From an uncultured bacterium (lineage in GTDB: Bacteria; AUK180), in NCBI GenBank assembly GCA_937863565.1, contig CALMGJ010000030.1, positions 1 to 64,000 on the forward strand: DNA of 64,000 nt. The letters are read 5' to 3'. Both the position numbers and the translations under genes were made by a program. The notes under the pieces were generated by a model that was not told where the DNA came from, made no database searches, and worked only from the letters and a program-made list of their open reading frames with translations. Shown piece after piece: positions 46,519 through 56,824 of the stretch. The first letter of the stretch is position 1. Every line of letters begins with the position of its first letter.

Positions 46519-47933
46519 TCATGGACAAATTGCTTTTCGGGAAATATGTGATCAAGGACAAATTGGGCCAAGGGGGAATGGCCATAGTGTACAAGGCCTG
46601 GGACCCTGCTCTTCAAAGAGAGATCGCGATCAAAGCCCTTCTTCCGAAATACAAGAGTAATGTAGATATAGTGAAGATGTTCATCAGGGAAGGCCAGCTC
46701 ATGGCAAAGATGGACGATCCTCACATCGTCAAAGTGTACGAGAATGCCAAATACAATGATTTTTTCTTTTATGTGATGGAGTATGTCAACGGGCAAACGC
46801 TTCAGGATATTATCAGGAAAGGGCTTTCGCTGGAAGAGGCGGAGGTCATCTTCAAGGAGATACTCAAAGCCTTGCTTTACATTCACAAGAAAGATATCCT
46901 GCATCTTGACCTAAAACCTTCCAATATTCTGATAGAACAATCGGGAAAGATCAAGATATCCGATTTCGGCATCGGGATCCAGTTCAATAAAGAGAATATA
47001 AACAATAATCTTCTCGTAGGCACTTTAAAATATATTGCTCCCGAACAGATAAACGGGAACACGATCGGTTATCATACCGACATTTACCAGCTCGGAGTGA
47101 TCCTGTATGAGATGCTGACGGGAGAGCCTCCTTTCACAGGAACAAATGAAGAGATAAAATCGGCCAAAACTCAGACCGAACCGCCGCCGCTGCATTCAAA
47201 AAACTCCTTCGTACCGGATTACCTTTCCTCCGTGTGCGCAAGAATGCTCAGGAAGCACCCCCAGGACAGATACAAGAACACGGAAGAAGTGCTGGACGAC
47301 CTTGACCGGCTGAAGAGTGAATATATCATGCCGAGTTATTTTAAAAAGCCGAAGGCAGAACTCTATACCGAGGGCGTTTACGGCGAGCCGAAGGCTACTG
47401 AACAGAAAAAGAAACGAAGTAAGATCAAATGGGGCCCGTTGATAGCTTCATTGGCTGCGCTGACCATTCTCGTTTCGATAGCGAGTATATACAAAAGCGA
47501 ATATCTCCCGGCGGGTTTTCCGTTCCGGACGGAGGCTTTGAAGACGAAATTCCGGATCATAGAACGAATGACCGTATTTGATTACAACGAGATCATGAAC
47601 TTCGCAAAAAGGCTCTCTTATGCCGGAAACATATCGATGGCGGAGGATACTCTCAATATAATGATGAAAAAATTCCCCGGCTCGGCATTCGATATCAATT
47701 CTGCTCTTTTGGATCTTTATGCGGACAAGAACGAGAACAAATATACCGCCCTTCTTTACCTTATGATCAGCAAGAACACCGGGGAGAAGCTCGTCCGGTT
47801 GTATATGAGGGCCGGCGATTATTATTCTTCGAAAAGCGACAAAAAGAAAGCTGATGAATTCTACAGGAAAGCCGCCGAGAACGAACCCAACGAGGAGATC
47901 CGGGCCCTCATCATAAAAAAGATAACGGAATGA
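46515..47933 (+). CDS. Membrane Ser/Thr protein kinase (non-RD) with TPR-like C-terminus
   Basis: LGQGGMAIVY, IAIK, HLDLKPSN, DFGI, GTLKYIAPEQ; one TM. Confidence 0.92.
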   Translation: MIMDKLLFGKYVIKDKLGQGGMAIVYKAWDPALQREIAIKALLPKYKSNVDIVKMFIREGQLMAKMDDPHIVKVYENAKYNDFFFYVMEYVNGQTLQDIIRKGLSLEEAEVIFKEILKALLYIHKKDILHLDLKPSNILIEQSGKIKISDFGIGIQFNKENINNNLLVGTLKYIAPEQINGNTIGYHTDIYQLGVILYEMLTGEPPFTGTNEEIKSAKTQTEPPPLHSKNSFVPDYLSSVCARMLRKHPQDRYKNTEEVLDDLDRLKSEYIMPSYFKKPKAELYTEGVYGEPKATEQKKKRSKIKWGPLIASLAALTILVSIASIYKSEYLPAGFPFRTEALKTKFRIIERMTVFDYNEIMNFAKRLSYAGNISMAEDTLNIMMKKFPGSAFDINSALLDLYADKNENKYTALLYLMISKNTGEKLVRLYMRAGDYYSSKSDKKKADEFYRKAAENEPNEEIRALIIKKITE

Positions 47934-49255
47934 AGAACTTCTTTCTGATAAATTACGGATGCCAGATGAACGTTCTTGAGGCTGAGAAAATGAAGGGGCT
48001 TCTTATCGCCGAAGGCTACGAAGAAGCCCCGGACGAGTTCAACAGCGATGTCGTTATCATGAACACCTGCGCTGTAAGGGAAACCGCCGAAAGGAAGATA
48101 TTCGGCAAGATCGGCCAGATAAGAAAACACGGGCGTCCCGGCCTTCTGATTGCGGTCTGCGGATGCGTAACCCAGGTTTCCGGCGAAAGCATCTTCGAGA
48201 AATATCCCGGGATAGATATCGTTCTCGGTTCGGGAAATAAAATGAACATAGCGGCATATCTCTCAAAGGCTGGATCATCGGCACGGATACTTGATCTGGG
48301 CAACGGGCCGGAACGTGACAGCGCCGAATGCGCGCAGCTTGCCAAAAGGGGTTCGGAATATTCCGCTTTTATCGAGATCATGAAAGGCTGCGATAATTTC
48401 TGCGCTTACTGTATCGTGCCGTATGCGAGGGGTGGGGAAGTATCGCTTCCTCCCGTCCTCGTTCTGGATGAGATAAAGATGCTCATAGACCGCGGATATA
48501 AGGAATTTACGCTGCTCGGCCAGAATGTCAATTCGTACGGGAAAAAATTCGCCGACGGCTCTGAAAGAAGATTCCGTTTCCACGATCTTCTCGGTGAAAT
48601 AGAGAAGATAAAAGGCATTTTCAGGCTGAGGTTCATAACTTCTCATCCGCGTGACCTTTCCTCTGAAACGATTGATGTGATGGCCTCTTCGGGGATCATC
48701 GCTCATTCGCTTCATTTGCCCGCCCAATCCGGATCCGACCGCATCCTGAAAGCTATGAACCGCGGTTACACAATAAGTGAATATCTGGAAAAGGTCGAAA
48801 GGCTGAAGAAGGATATACCCGGGTTCGCGTTCACGACGGATATCATCTTCGGTTTTCCCGGGGAGACAGAGTCTGATTACCGGGATACGCTCAACCTCAT
48901 GGAACGTGTCCGTTTCAAGAACGCTTTCCTGTTCAGATATTCGGAAAGACGGAAGACCGCCGCTTCCGGCATCTCTGAAGGCCTGGTAGATAATGAGGAG
49001 AAACTCTCCCGCCTTCAGAACGCCATTGAAATTCAAAAAAAGATCTCACTCGAAGAATCCATCGGATATGTCGGCGCGACAAAGAATGTTCTTTTCTCTT
49101 CGCTGGACAGGAAGGGGAGGAATATTTCAGGCCGGGATACTCATGATATGATAGTGATCGTGGAGAATAATATGGATAAACTGGGAACGGTGAGAGATGT
49201 TCTTATCGAAAGGGCTAATTCATTCACACTGTACGGGAGGCTGAAAAGTGCGTAA
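47930..49255 (+). CDS. miaB: tRNA-i6A37 methylthiotransferase
   Basis: YGCQMN, NTCAVRETAE, GCDNFCAYCIVPY, GQNVNSY, TSHPRD, TDIIFGFPGET, TRAM-like tail. Confidence 0.95.
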   Translation: MKNFFLINYGCQMNVLEAEKMKGLLIAEGYEEAPDEFNSDVVIMNTCAVRETAERKIFGKIGQIRKHGRPGLLIAVCGCVTQVSGESIFEKYPGIDIVLGSGNKMNIAAYLSKAGSSARILDLGNGPERDSAECAQLAKRGSEYSAFIEIMKGCDNFCAYCIVPYARGGEVSLPPVLVLDEIKMLIDRGYKEFTLLGQNVNSYGKKFADGSERRFRFHDLLGEIEKIKGIFRLRFITSHPRDLSSETIDVMASSGIIAHSLHLPAQSGSDRILKAMNRGYTISEYLEKVERLKKDIPGFAFTTDIIFGFPGETESDYRDTLNLMERVRFKNAFLFRYSERRKTAASGISEGLVDNEEKLSRLQNAIEIQKKISLEESIGYVGATKNVLFSSLDRKGRNISGRDTHDMIVIVENNMDKLGTVRDVLIERANSFTLYGRLKSA

Positions 49256-50093
49256 AGAGGGTCCCGTACTTTTCATCATAGTTCTTCTGGTCTCTTTGGT
49301 CTCCGCTGCCGCCGATCAGGACCTTTTCAATGAAGGCCTTGACGATGTGATAAGGGGAAAGACCGATGCCGGGCTTCTGAAACTAAGAACGGTCTATCTT
49401 AAATATCCGCGTTCTCGCTTTGCGGAAAAAGCGAGATATTATGCGGGATATTATGCTCCGGATATTTTCCAGCAAGCAGTGGAGTTCAAGGATTTTTGCG
49501 AACAATACCCCAATTCGAAATTGAAGGAAGGAGTTTATTATCAGCTTGGGATGAATTTTTACTATCTGAAGAATTTCACCGAGGCTCAGGCATATTTCGA
49601 GAAATACCTTTGGGAGTTTCCCGGAGGCATTTTTGCGGACTCAGTGAATTTTTACCTCGGCATCATCGCCAGGGAAAAAGGAGAGAGCGACCTTTTTGTT
49701 TCCAAACTCTCCGGTATCCTTAATTATACCGATACTCCGTTCTACCTTATCGGTTCGTTCATGCTGTTCCGGTATTTCAGAGATATGGGGATCACTGAAC
49801 GCGCCGAGAAATATAGAAATAATATCGGTGATTTCTCCCCACCCCTGAAATTCAATTCGGGGGCATCGGAGTGCTGGGAGATCCAACTGGGTGCTTTCTC
49901 AAAGGCAGAAGGTGCATTAAGCGTTAAAAAGGACCTCGAGAAAAAAGGTTATGAAAATGCCGAGATCATCAAAGTGGACAATCTCTACAAAGTGCTGTGG
50001 GGAGAGTTCAAAACCAGGGAAGATGCCGAAAAGACCCTGGTTAAAATGAAGAAAAAGGGGTATGAAGGAAGGATCATCGTCAAAGACAGATAA
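49248..50093 (+). CDS. Exported TPR + SPOR domain protein
   Basis: Signal peptide; KYPRS/QYPNS/EFPGG TPR turns; IQLGAFS...YKVLWGEFKTREDAE SPOR. Confidence 0.8.
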   Translation: MRKEGPVLFIIVLLVSLVSAAADQDLFNEGLDDVIRGKTDAGLLKLRTVYLKYPRSRFAEKARYYAGYYAPDIFQQAVEFKDFCEQYPNSKLKEGVYYQLGMNFYYLKNFTEAQAYFEKYLWEFPGGIFADSVNFYLGIIAREKGESDLFVSKLSGILNYTDTPFYLIGSFMLFRYFRDMGITERAEKYRNNIGDFSPPLKFNSGASECWEIQLGAFSKAEGALSVKKDLEKKGYENAEIIKVDNLYKVLWGEFKTREDAEKTLVKMKKKGYEGRIIVKDR

Positions 50094-52743
50094 TATTGGC
50101 ACTCCCATGATCAGGCAGTATCTTGAGATCAAGAAGAGATACGAGAACGCTATCCTTCTGTACAGGGTGGGTGATTTCTACGAAACCTTCTTTGATGACG
50201 CCAAACTCGCTTCAAAACTTCTAAACATAGCGCTTACTTCCAGAGGAGAAACTCAGTCGGGAGAAAAGATCCCGCTTGCAGGAGTGCCGTACCATGCTCT
50301 GAATTATTATCTTTATAAATTGGTCAGCGCGGGGCACAGTGTGGCCATTTGCGAACAGACCGAGAATCCGAAATACGCCAAAGGTGTGGTTAAACGCGAT
50401 GTGCTCAGGGTCGTCACGCCGGGCACGCTTATTGATGAACGCGTGATCGACGGCAAATCCAATAACAATATCCTCGCCTACACCGAAGACGGCACTTTCA
50501 TGTACTATGCGTTCTGCGATATCTCAACGGGAGAATTCCATTTCTCCGAAACGGAGAAGGATCCTTTCTTCAGAAAATTCCTCTCCGATGTGATAAGGAT
50601 AGCTCCCAAGGAGATCATCGTGAGCGAGGATACCTATAGGGAATATTTCGAGGGAAAAAAATGCGCCCTGGCAGAAATAAAGAAAATCCTCGAAAAAACC
50701 GCCGTGAACCGCGTCGATGACTGGAAAACATTTCTGAAATTCAATGAAGAAGTGCTGAAAGGCCATCTGGGGATCAATGAACTCCGCGCGTCTGGTTTTG
50801 AGCATTCAGGGGAGATCATCTCCTCCGGCATGCTTCTGACTTATCTGAAGGAAACGCAGAAAAGCGATCTTGCCCATATCAAGAGGATAAAACCCCAGAG
50901 ACATTTGGGGTATATGTTCCTTGACCTTTATACGGAACTGAACCTCGATCTTCTTCCTGACGGCACCAATAGGAATGCGAATCTTTTCGATATCATGGAC
51001 ATGACCTCGACCGCTATGGGCGGCCGACTGCTCAAAAAGAGGATCATGCAGCCTCTTCTCGATACGGGGGAGATCAATGAACGCCTCATTTTCGTTGAAG
51101 AACTTATCAATGCAGACTCTTTCGAGATCGAAAGGATCCTTAAGGACATGAAGGATATTGAACGGATCGCCGCGAAAGCTTCACTCAATATCATTAAACC
51201 TTCGGAATTGAATGTTTTAAAGGAAGCCCTTTCCGTTTCAGATGATTTTTCGGGATTTTTCAAAGATGCGGGGTCAGGCATCGGTTCAGAATTGAAAGAA
51301 CTGCTCCAAAAAAATATGGGACTTCTCAACGATTTCGCTGCGCTCGTTAACAAAGCGATCTCCGATGAACCGCCGGCCCTCATCTCCGATACGGGCATCT
51401 TCAAGGATGCCTATGATGCCAAACTCGACGAGCTCCGCAATCTGAAAAAGAACGGGAAAAGCGTGATTAAAGAACATCTTGAAGAGATTAAAAATTCCCT
51501 CGGCGGAGCGAATATAAAGGTAGGTTTCAACAAAATACTGGGATACTATTTCGAGGTCAGCCGCGCCAAGATGAAGGATATGGAGCTTCCTCCCGACATT
51601 GTGCGGAAACAGACGCTAGTCTCCTCGGAAAGGTTTATTACGGAGAAGCTAAAAACTATCGAGGAGGATCTTCTGTCGGTAGAGGAAAAGCTTTCCGAGA
51701 GGGAATCCCTTCTCTGGACGGAATTCCTGGAAAAGATCAAACCGTTCTTCCCCGCGGTTATGGAATATGCCTCCGTGATAGCGGAACTGGATTTTTTCAT
51801 TTCACTGAAGAACATCGCGAAAACATATAGATATACAAAACCGAAAGTGACAGACTCCGGTATGATCGCGATAAACGGAGGCAGGCATCCTGTGATTGAG
51901 CGTCAAAGCCTTTCCGAACCGTTCATTCCGAATGATGTGATAATTGATGCAAGCCGTTCAATCCAGATAATCACCGGCCCCAATATGTCCGGGAAATCCA
52001 CATTCCTCCGCCAAACGGCCCTGATCGTCCTAATGGCACAAATGGGTTCATTCATACCCGCGGAAAGTGCCGAGATCGGTGTAGTGGACAGGATATTCAC
52101 AAGGATCGGTGCCAGCGATAATCTTGCCCTGGGACAGAGTACTTTCATGGTGGAGATGAACGAGGTCGCCAATATACTAAATTCCTGTACCGATAGAAGC
52201 CTTATTTTGCTGGATGAAATTGGTCGCGGTACATCGACCTACGACGGTCTTTCCCTGGCCTGGGCTGTTCTGGAATATCTTCATGATACGGAGGGTCAGA
52301 AGGCGAAAACGCTGTTCGCCACTCATTATCATGAGATCTCGCGTATCACTGAATACCTTGAACGGGCCGAGATATACAAGGTAGAGGTTAGGGAATTCGG
52401 GGATAAGATAGTGTTCTTGAGAAAAGTGATCAAAGGCTCCATCGATAAAAGTTACGGGATCTATGTGGCGGAGCTTGCAGGGATACCTCCGGCCGTAGTC
52501 GAAAGAGCCAAAGAGATACTCGCTGAACTCGAGGAACAGAAGGGCACCGCACGTATTTCCCGCCGTATCAGATTCGTTCAGGATAAATTATTTGCAAAAC
52601 CTCAATTGGATCTTTCGGAGAGAAAAGCCCTCGAGATGATGAAGAATGTCGATATCAATGCGATCACACCGATGGAGGCATTGAAGATCCTGAACGAGAT
52701 AAGCGGTATTCTGAAAAACCGACATCACGATAAAAAACCTTGA
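50062..52743 (+). CDS. mutS: DNA mismatch repair protein MutS
   Basis: TPMIRQY, GDFYETF, TGPNMSGKST, STFMVEM, DEIGRGTST, ATHYHE, SYGI. Confidence 0.98.
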   Translation: MKEGSSSKTDNIGTPMIRQYLEIKKRYENAILLYRVGDFYETFFDDAKLASKLLNIALTSRGETQSGEKIPLAGVPYHALNYYLYKLVSAGHSVAICEQTENPKYAKGVVKRDVLRVVTPGTLIDERVIDGKSNNNILAYTEDGTFMYYAFCDISTGEFHFSETEKDPFFRKFLSDVIRIAPKEIIVSEDTYREYFEGKKCALAEIKKILEKTAVNRVDDWKTFLKFNEEVLKGHLGINELRASGFEHSGEIISSGMLLTYLKETQKSDLAHIKRIKPQRHLGYMFLDLYTELNLDLLPDGTNRNANLFDIMDMTSTAMGGRLLKKRIMQPLLDTGEINERLIFVEELINADSFEIERILKDMKDIERIAAKASLNIIKPSELNVLKEALSVSDDFSGFFKDAGSGIGSELKELLQKNMGLLNDFAALVNKAISDEPPALISDTGIFKDAYDAKLDELRNLKKNGKSVIKEHLEEIKNSLGGANIKVGFNKILGYYFEVSRAKMKDMELPPDIVRKQTLVSSERFITEKLKTIEEDLLSVEEKLSERESLLWTEFLEKIKPFFPAVMEYASVIAELDFFISLKNIAKTYRYTKPKVTDSGMIAINGGRHPVIERQSLSEPFIPNDVIIDASRSIQIITGPNMSGKSTFLRQTALIVLMAQMGSFIPAESAEIGVVDRIFTRIGASDNLALGQSTFMVEMNEVANILNSCTDRSLILLDEIGRGTSTYDGLSLAWAVLEYLHDTEGQKAKTLFATHYHEISRITEYLERAEIYKVEVREFGDKIVFLRKVIKGSIDKSYGIYVAELAGIPPAVVERAKEILAELEEQKGTARISRRIRFVQDKLFAKPQLDLSERKALEMMKNVDINAITPMEALKILNEISGILKNRHHDKKP

Positions 52744-52791
52744 ATTAGTTCATTAAAAAGGATAAAATAGATTTAAAATAGAGGAGAGAAT

Positions 52792-53922
52792 ATGGAAATA
52801 ACGATAAAAAAGGTCTTGAATAAAAAAATGCTCAAGGATTTCATCATGTTCCCATGGCAGATCTATAAGAACGATCCCAATTGGGTAGCACCCCTGATCT
52901 CCGATATGTATCACAGGTTCGACCCCGTGAAGAACCCTTACTATGAACATGCCGATGTGGAGATGTTCCTTGCTTACCGGGAAGACAAAGTCGTCGGCCG
53001 GATCGTGAACCATATTGACCATAATCACAATGATTTTCACAAGGAAAAAACCGCTTTCTTCGGTTTTGTCGAATTCATAGAGGATTACGAGGTTGCTAAA
53101 GCGCTCTATGACCATTCGGTAAGATGGACGAAAGATAGGAAGATGGAAACACTCAGAGGTTCGATGTCTTTCGGAACGAATGACGAATGCGCTTTCCTTC
53201 TTGAAGGCTTCGATTCCCCTCCCGTTATTATGATGACCTACAATCCTAAATACTATGTTGATTTCACGGAGAAATACGGATTCTCAAAATCCAAGGACCT
53301 TCTTGCGTTTCTTAAGAATAAAGACGACCCGATCGACCCGAGGATGGAAAAGCATGCAAAAAGGATCGAAGAGGACCCGACGATAATAACGAGGAAATTC
53401 AATAAAAAGAACAAGGTCGAGGAAATGCAGAAAGTGAAGGAAGTTTACGACGAGGCATGGGAACCAAACTGGGGCTTCGTTCCTATGACACCGAAAGAAC
53501 TCGACGCTACGGCAAAAGTACTTCTCGATTACGCCGATCCGGATCTTGTGTGGTTCGCTGAAAAAAAGCATGAGGACGGACATATAGAACCCCTCGGGAT
53601 TTCCGTTATCATCCCCAACCTCAATGAAGCCCTTAAACCGCTTAACGGAAAACTGGGCCCCATCGAGATCGTAAAATTCATATCGGGCAAGAAGAAAGTG
53701 AAAGGACTGCGTGCTCTGCTCTTCGGGCTCAAGAAAAAGGCCCAAGGGTTTGGAATACCCGCTCTTCTGTTCATGAAGACCGCTGAAGAAAGCCTAAAAA
53801 AAGGTTATGAATGGGTGGAGCTTTCATGGAACCTGGAGGACAATATCAAGATCAATACCTTCGATACGAGCATCGGCGGCAAAGTCTACAAGAAATACCG
53901 CATCTACGACCTTAAAACATAG
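52792..53922 (+). CDS. Tandem GNAT-fold protein (YghO-like)
   Basis: PWQIY..DPNWVAPL, VGRI, FFGF.E, MMTYNPKYY, WEPNWGFVP, SWNLEDN, YKKYRIY. Confidence 0.8.
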   Translation: MEITIKKVLNKKMLKDFIMFPWQIYKNDPNWVAPLISDMYHRFDPVKNPYYEHADVEMFLAYREDKVVGRIVNHIDHNHNDFHKEKTAFFGFVEFIEDYEVAKALYDHSVRWTKDRKMETLRGSMSFGTNDECAFLLEGFDSPPVIMMTYNPKYYVDFTEKYGFSKSKDLLAFLKNKDDPIDPRMEKHAKRIEEDPTIITRKFNKKNKVEEMQKVKEVYDEAWEPNWGFVPMTPKELDATAKVLLDYADPDLVWFAEKKHEDGHIEPLGISVIIPNLNEALKPLNGKLGPIEIVKFISGKKKVKGLRALLFGLKKKAQGFGIPALLFMKTAEESLKKGYEWVELSWNLEDNIKINTFDTSIGGKVYKKYRIYDLKT

Positions 53923-54993
53923 GTGCGGATGAAACTCGCCGGTACCGAATCAAAGAAAGCCGGGCTCGCGCCCGGAACGGTCCTGCACATCGGCGATAGC
54001 GATTATAAGGGCTTCAAGATCGAAGTATACGATTTCACCCAGGAAAAACTTGAAAGGAAAGACCTTACCGATCCGGCTCAATGTGCTGAATATCTAAGTA
54101 CGGATACGGTGACCTGGATCAATATCTGCGGCCTATCCCGAACGGATAAGATAGAAGAGCTTGGTCAGGTTCTTGGCCTTCATCCGCTGACGCTCGAAGA
54201 CATAGTGAACACGAACCAGAGGCCAAAGCTGGAAGAGCACGAAGAGTACACTTTCATTGTGCTCAAGATGGTATATCTCAGGGAACAGAAGGAATTGATG
54301 GCTGAGCAACTCAGCATGATCGCGATGTCCAATGTCATAGTCACGTTCCAGGAAAATCCGGAGGATGTTTTCGGAAATCTCAGAAAGAGACTTGAAAGCA
54401 CAAAGACACCTATACGGAAAAGATCTGCGGATTTTCTCCTTTATGCACTGATCGATTCAGTGGTCGATAACTATTTCGAAATACTGGAATGGATAGGGGA
54501 GAAAGTGGAGGATATCGAAGATGATATCCTTGCCGAACAGCCTGTTCCCGGAATGGTGGAGAACGTATATAATCTACGCCGGGACCTGATATATTTAAGA
54601 AAGGTCATCTGGCCAACCAGGGAATTGATCGGCACGCTTGAAAAAACAGGTGACGGGGAATTCTGGAAGGAGGATACGCGGAACTATCTGAGGGATCTCC
54701 GGGACCACTCTCTTCAGATATTGGATAATGTCGAAGTCCTTAGAGAAGTGCTTGCCGAACTTGTCACGATTCACCTCTCCGCTATAAGCAATAGATTGAA
54801 TCAGGTAATGAAATTTTTAACGATCATATCGACTATTTTCATCCCGCTTACTTTCATCGTGGGAATTTACGGCATGAATTTCAAGTTCATGCCGGAACTG
54901 GGCTGGAAATTAGGCTATCCCGGAGTGATGATCTTCATGCTCGTGCTCGCGGTCATCATGTTCTTCTATTTTAAAAAAAGGAAGTGGTTCTAA
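53923..54993 (+). CDS. corA: Magnesium/cobalt transporter
   Basis: LHPLTLEDI...QRPK, NQVMKFLT, GIYGMNF, MPEL. Confidence 0.96.
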   Translation: MRMKLAGTESKKAGLAPGTVLHIGDSDYKGFKIEVYDFTQEKLERKDLTDPAQCAEYLSTDTVTWINICGLSRTDKIEELGQVLGLHPLTLEDIVNTNQRPKLEEHEEYTFIVLKMVYLREQKELMAEQLSMIAMSNVIVTFQENPEDVFGNLRKRLESTKTPIRKRSADFLLYALIDSVVDNYFEILEWIGEKVEDIEDDILAEQPVPGMVENVYNLRRDLIYLRKVIWPTRELIGTLEKTGDGEFWKEDTRNYLRDLRDHSLQILDNVEVLREVLAELVTIHLSAISNRLNQVMKFLTIISTIFIPLTFIVGIYGMNFKFMPELGWKLGYPGVMIFMLVLAVIMFFYFKKRKWF

Positions 54994-55038
54994 GCGCTCG
55001 GAAGCATGGAAATCATGTAATAATCCAGATCCGGGGAT

Positions 55039-55067
55039 TTGCAAAAAAGGGCGGAATTTAATATAAT
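55039..55067 (+). promoter_or_regulatory. sigma70 promoter
   Basis: TTGCAA(55039)-17 nt-TATAAT(55062); SD AGGAG at 55075. Confidence 0.75.
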
Positions 55068-55086
55068 ACAAAAAAGGAGCCCATTT

Positions 55087-56796
55087 ATGAAAAAGAGGTT
55101 ATTTCCGATCATTCTTCTTCTCTTCGGCGGACTTATTTTCGCCGGCAACGGAGATATTCATCTGATAATCCTTCATACTAATGACGTTCATGGAGGTATC
55201 GGCATGTCCACCGCTTTCTGGATGAACCCCGAATTTCCTCCGGTGCTTGGCGGCGCGGCTTCGATCACAACCCTTATCAAAGAAGTCCGCAAGGAAGCAG
55301 AAAAAACGGGAGCTGGAGTGCTTATCATAGATGACGGCGATTTCTGGCAGGGGACGCCGGTAGGCGAACGCACGAAAGGGCAAGCCGTTCTCGATTATTT
55401 CGCTTTGGCCGGATATGATTACCTGGTCATGGGCAATCACGATTTCGATAAAGGGATCCCCTTTATCAAGGAACTCGTTGAATCTTCAGACATCCCATTT
55501 TTGTGCGCCAATATCATAGACACGGAGACCGGCGAATATCCTCAGTGGAAGAATCTGAAGAAATACGACATCCGCGAATACGGTGAAGTCAAGGTCGGCA
55601 TCATCGGCGCGATCACTGACGATATGCCCACACTGCAGCCTCCCGAGAATCTGAAAGGAATAGCATTCGCCCTTTCGGCTCTTGCCATAAAAAAAAGTAT
55701 TTCCGAACTGCGCGAACAGGGTTGCGACCTGATCTTTGTAGCATCACATACGGGCATTTCCTACAATCTCGACGAGAAATATCCTGCTCTTCTCGATATG
55801 GAGAACGAAGCCCTGAAGGAAGGTCTTGTTTACGGAACGGATGAATACATAGAGGCTATATATAAAAAGAAGGGCTACGGGCTTCAGGATCATGATATTG
55901 TAGAGCTCGTGCCCGGCATAGATGTACTTATCGGAGGGCATTCGCACAGCGGGCTTTTCCCTCCTTATGAAGATCCGAGGAATCACACTCTCGTAATTCA
56001 GGCCTTCTCGAAAGGATCGGCCCTGGGAAGGCTTGACCTTTTTGTGAACAGAGAGGAGAAGGTGATCACTTCATACAGATCTTCCAACTATACGCCTATG
56101 CTTGAACAGACGCCCCAGGACCCTGATGCGAAGAATATGATCGACGGTTATATCGCCGATGCCGAATCCGATCTTCTTGAAGTCGTCGGCGTGCTGAAAA
56201 AACCGGCTGCAAGAGGTAACGACGAAACCCTTCTCGGGAATTTGATATCCGACGCCTTAAGAGAAGAGTACAAAGCAGATTTCGTTCTTTTCAATCGGGG
56301 AGGCATGAGAGCGGACTTGGCAGCGGGAGAGGTCACGGGGAAGGACCTTTATCAAGCCGAACCCTTCGGCAATACCGCTGTTCTCGTTGAAATACCGGGG
56401 TTCGAACTTCTGCAGATAATACAGATCGGTTTCTCGGGAAAAAGGCGTGATACACAGATCTCCGGGGTTAAGGTCACCTATAATCCCGATCAGCACGGTG
56501 TGAATAAACTATGCGATGTAAAATTCCTTGACGGATCTTCCATAGATCTTGATAAAACATACATACTGGTCACGTCCAATTACCTTGCGGACGGAGCAGT
56601 AGGTTACGGACTTCTGAAAAAACTGAAACAAACGAACACGTTCACCCCGATCAGGGATGTTATGAAAAATTATATTAGAAGGCACACTCCGATCGATCCG
56701 AAGCTGGACGGAAGGATAAAAAGGGATAAAAAGGCAAAAATATCCGGAGATTTTCAGAACATTCTCGACGAATTGAACAGGCGTCTGGAAGAATAA
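55087..56796 (+). CDS. Exported bifunctional metallophosphatase/5'-nucleotidase
   Basis: HTNDVHG, DDGDFWQG, GNHDFD, SHTG, GGHSH, NRGGMRA, PFGN; start ATG 55087. Confidence 0.93.
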   Translation: MKKRLFPIILLLFGGLIFAGNGDIHLIILHTNDVHGGIGMSTAFWMNPEFPPVLGGAASITTLIKEVRKEAEKTGAGVLIIDDGDFWQGTPVGERTKGQAVLDYFALAGYDYLVMGNHDFDKGIPFIKELVESSDIPFLCANIIDTETGEYPQWKNLKKYDIREYGEVKVGIIGAITDDMPTLQPPENLKGIAFALSALAIKKSISELREQGCDLIFVASHTGISYNLDEKYPALLDMENEALKEGLVYGTDEYIEAIYKKKGYGLQDHDIVELVPGIDVLIGGHSHSGLFPPYEDPRNHTLVIQAFSKGSALGRLDLFVNREEKVITSYRSSNYTPMLEQTPQDPDAKNMIDGYIADAESDLLEVVGVLKKPAARGNDETLLGNLISDALREEYKADFVLFNRGGMRADLAAGEVTGKDLYQAEPFGNTAVLVEIPGFELLQIIQIGFSGKRRDTQISGVKVTYNPDQHGVNKLCDVKFLDGSSIDLDKTYILVTSNYLADGAVGYGLLKKLKQTNTFTPIRDVMKNYIRRHTPIDPKLDGRIKRDKKAKISGDFQNILDELNRRLEE

Positions 56797-56824
56797 TAGG
56801 AAAAAAGATACGGGGGCAGGATAA

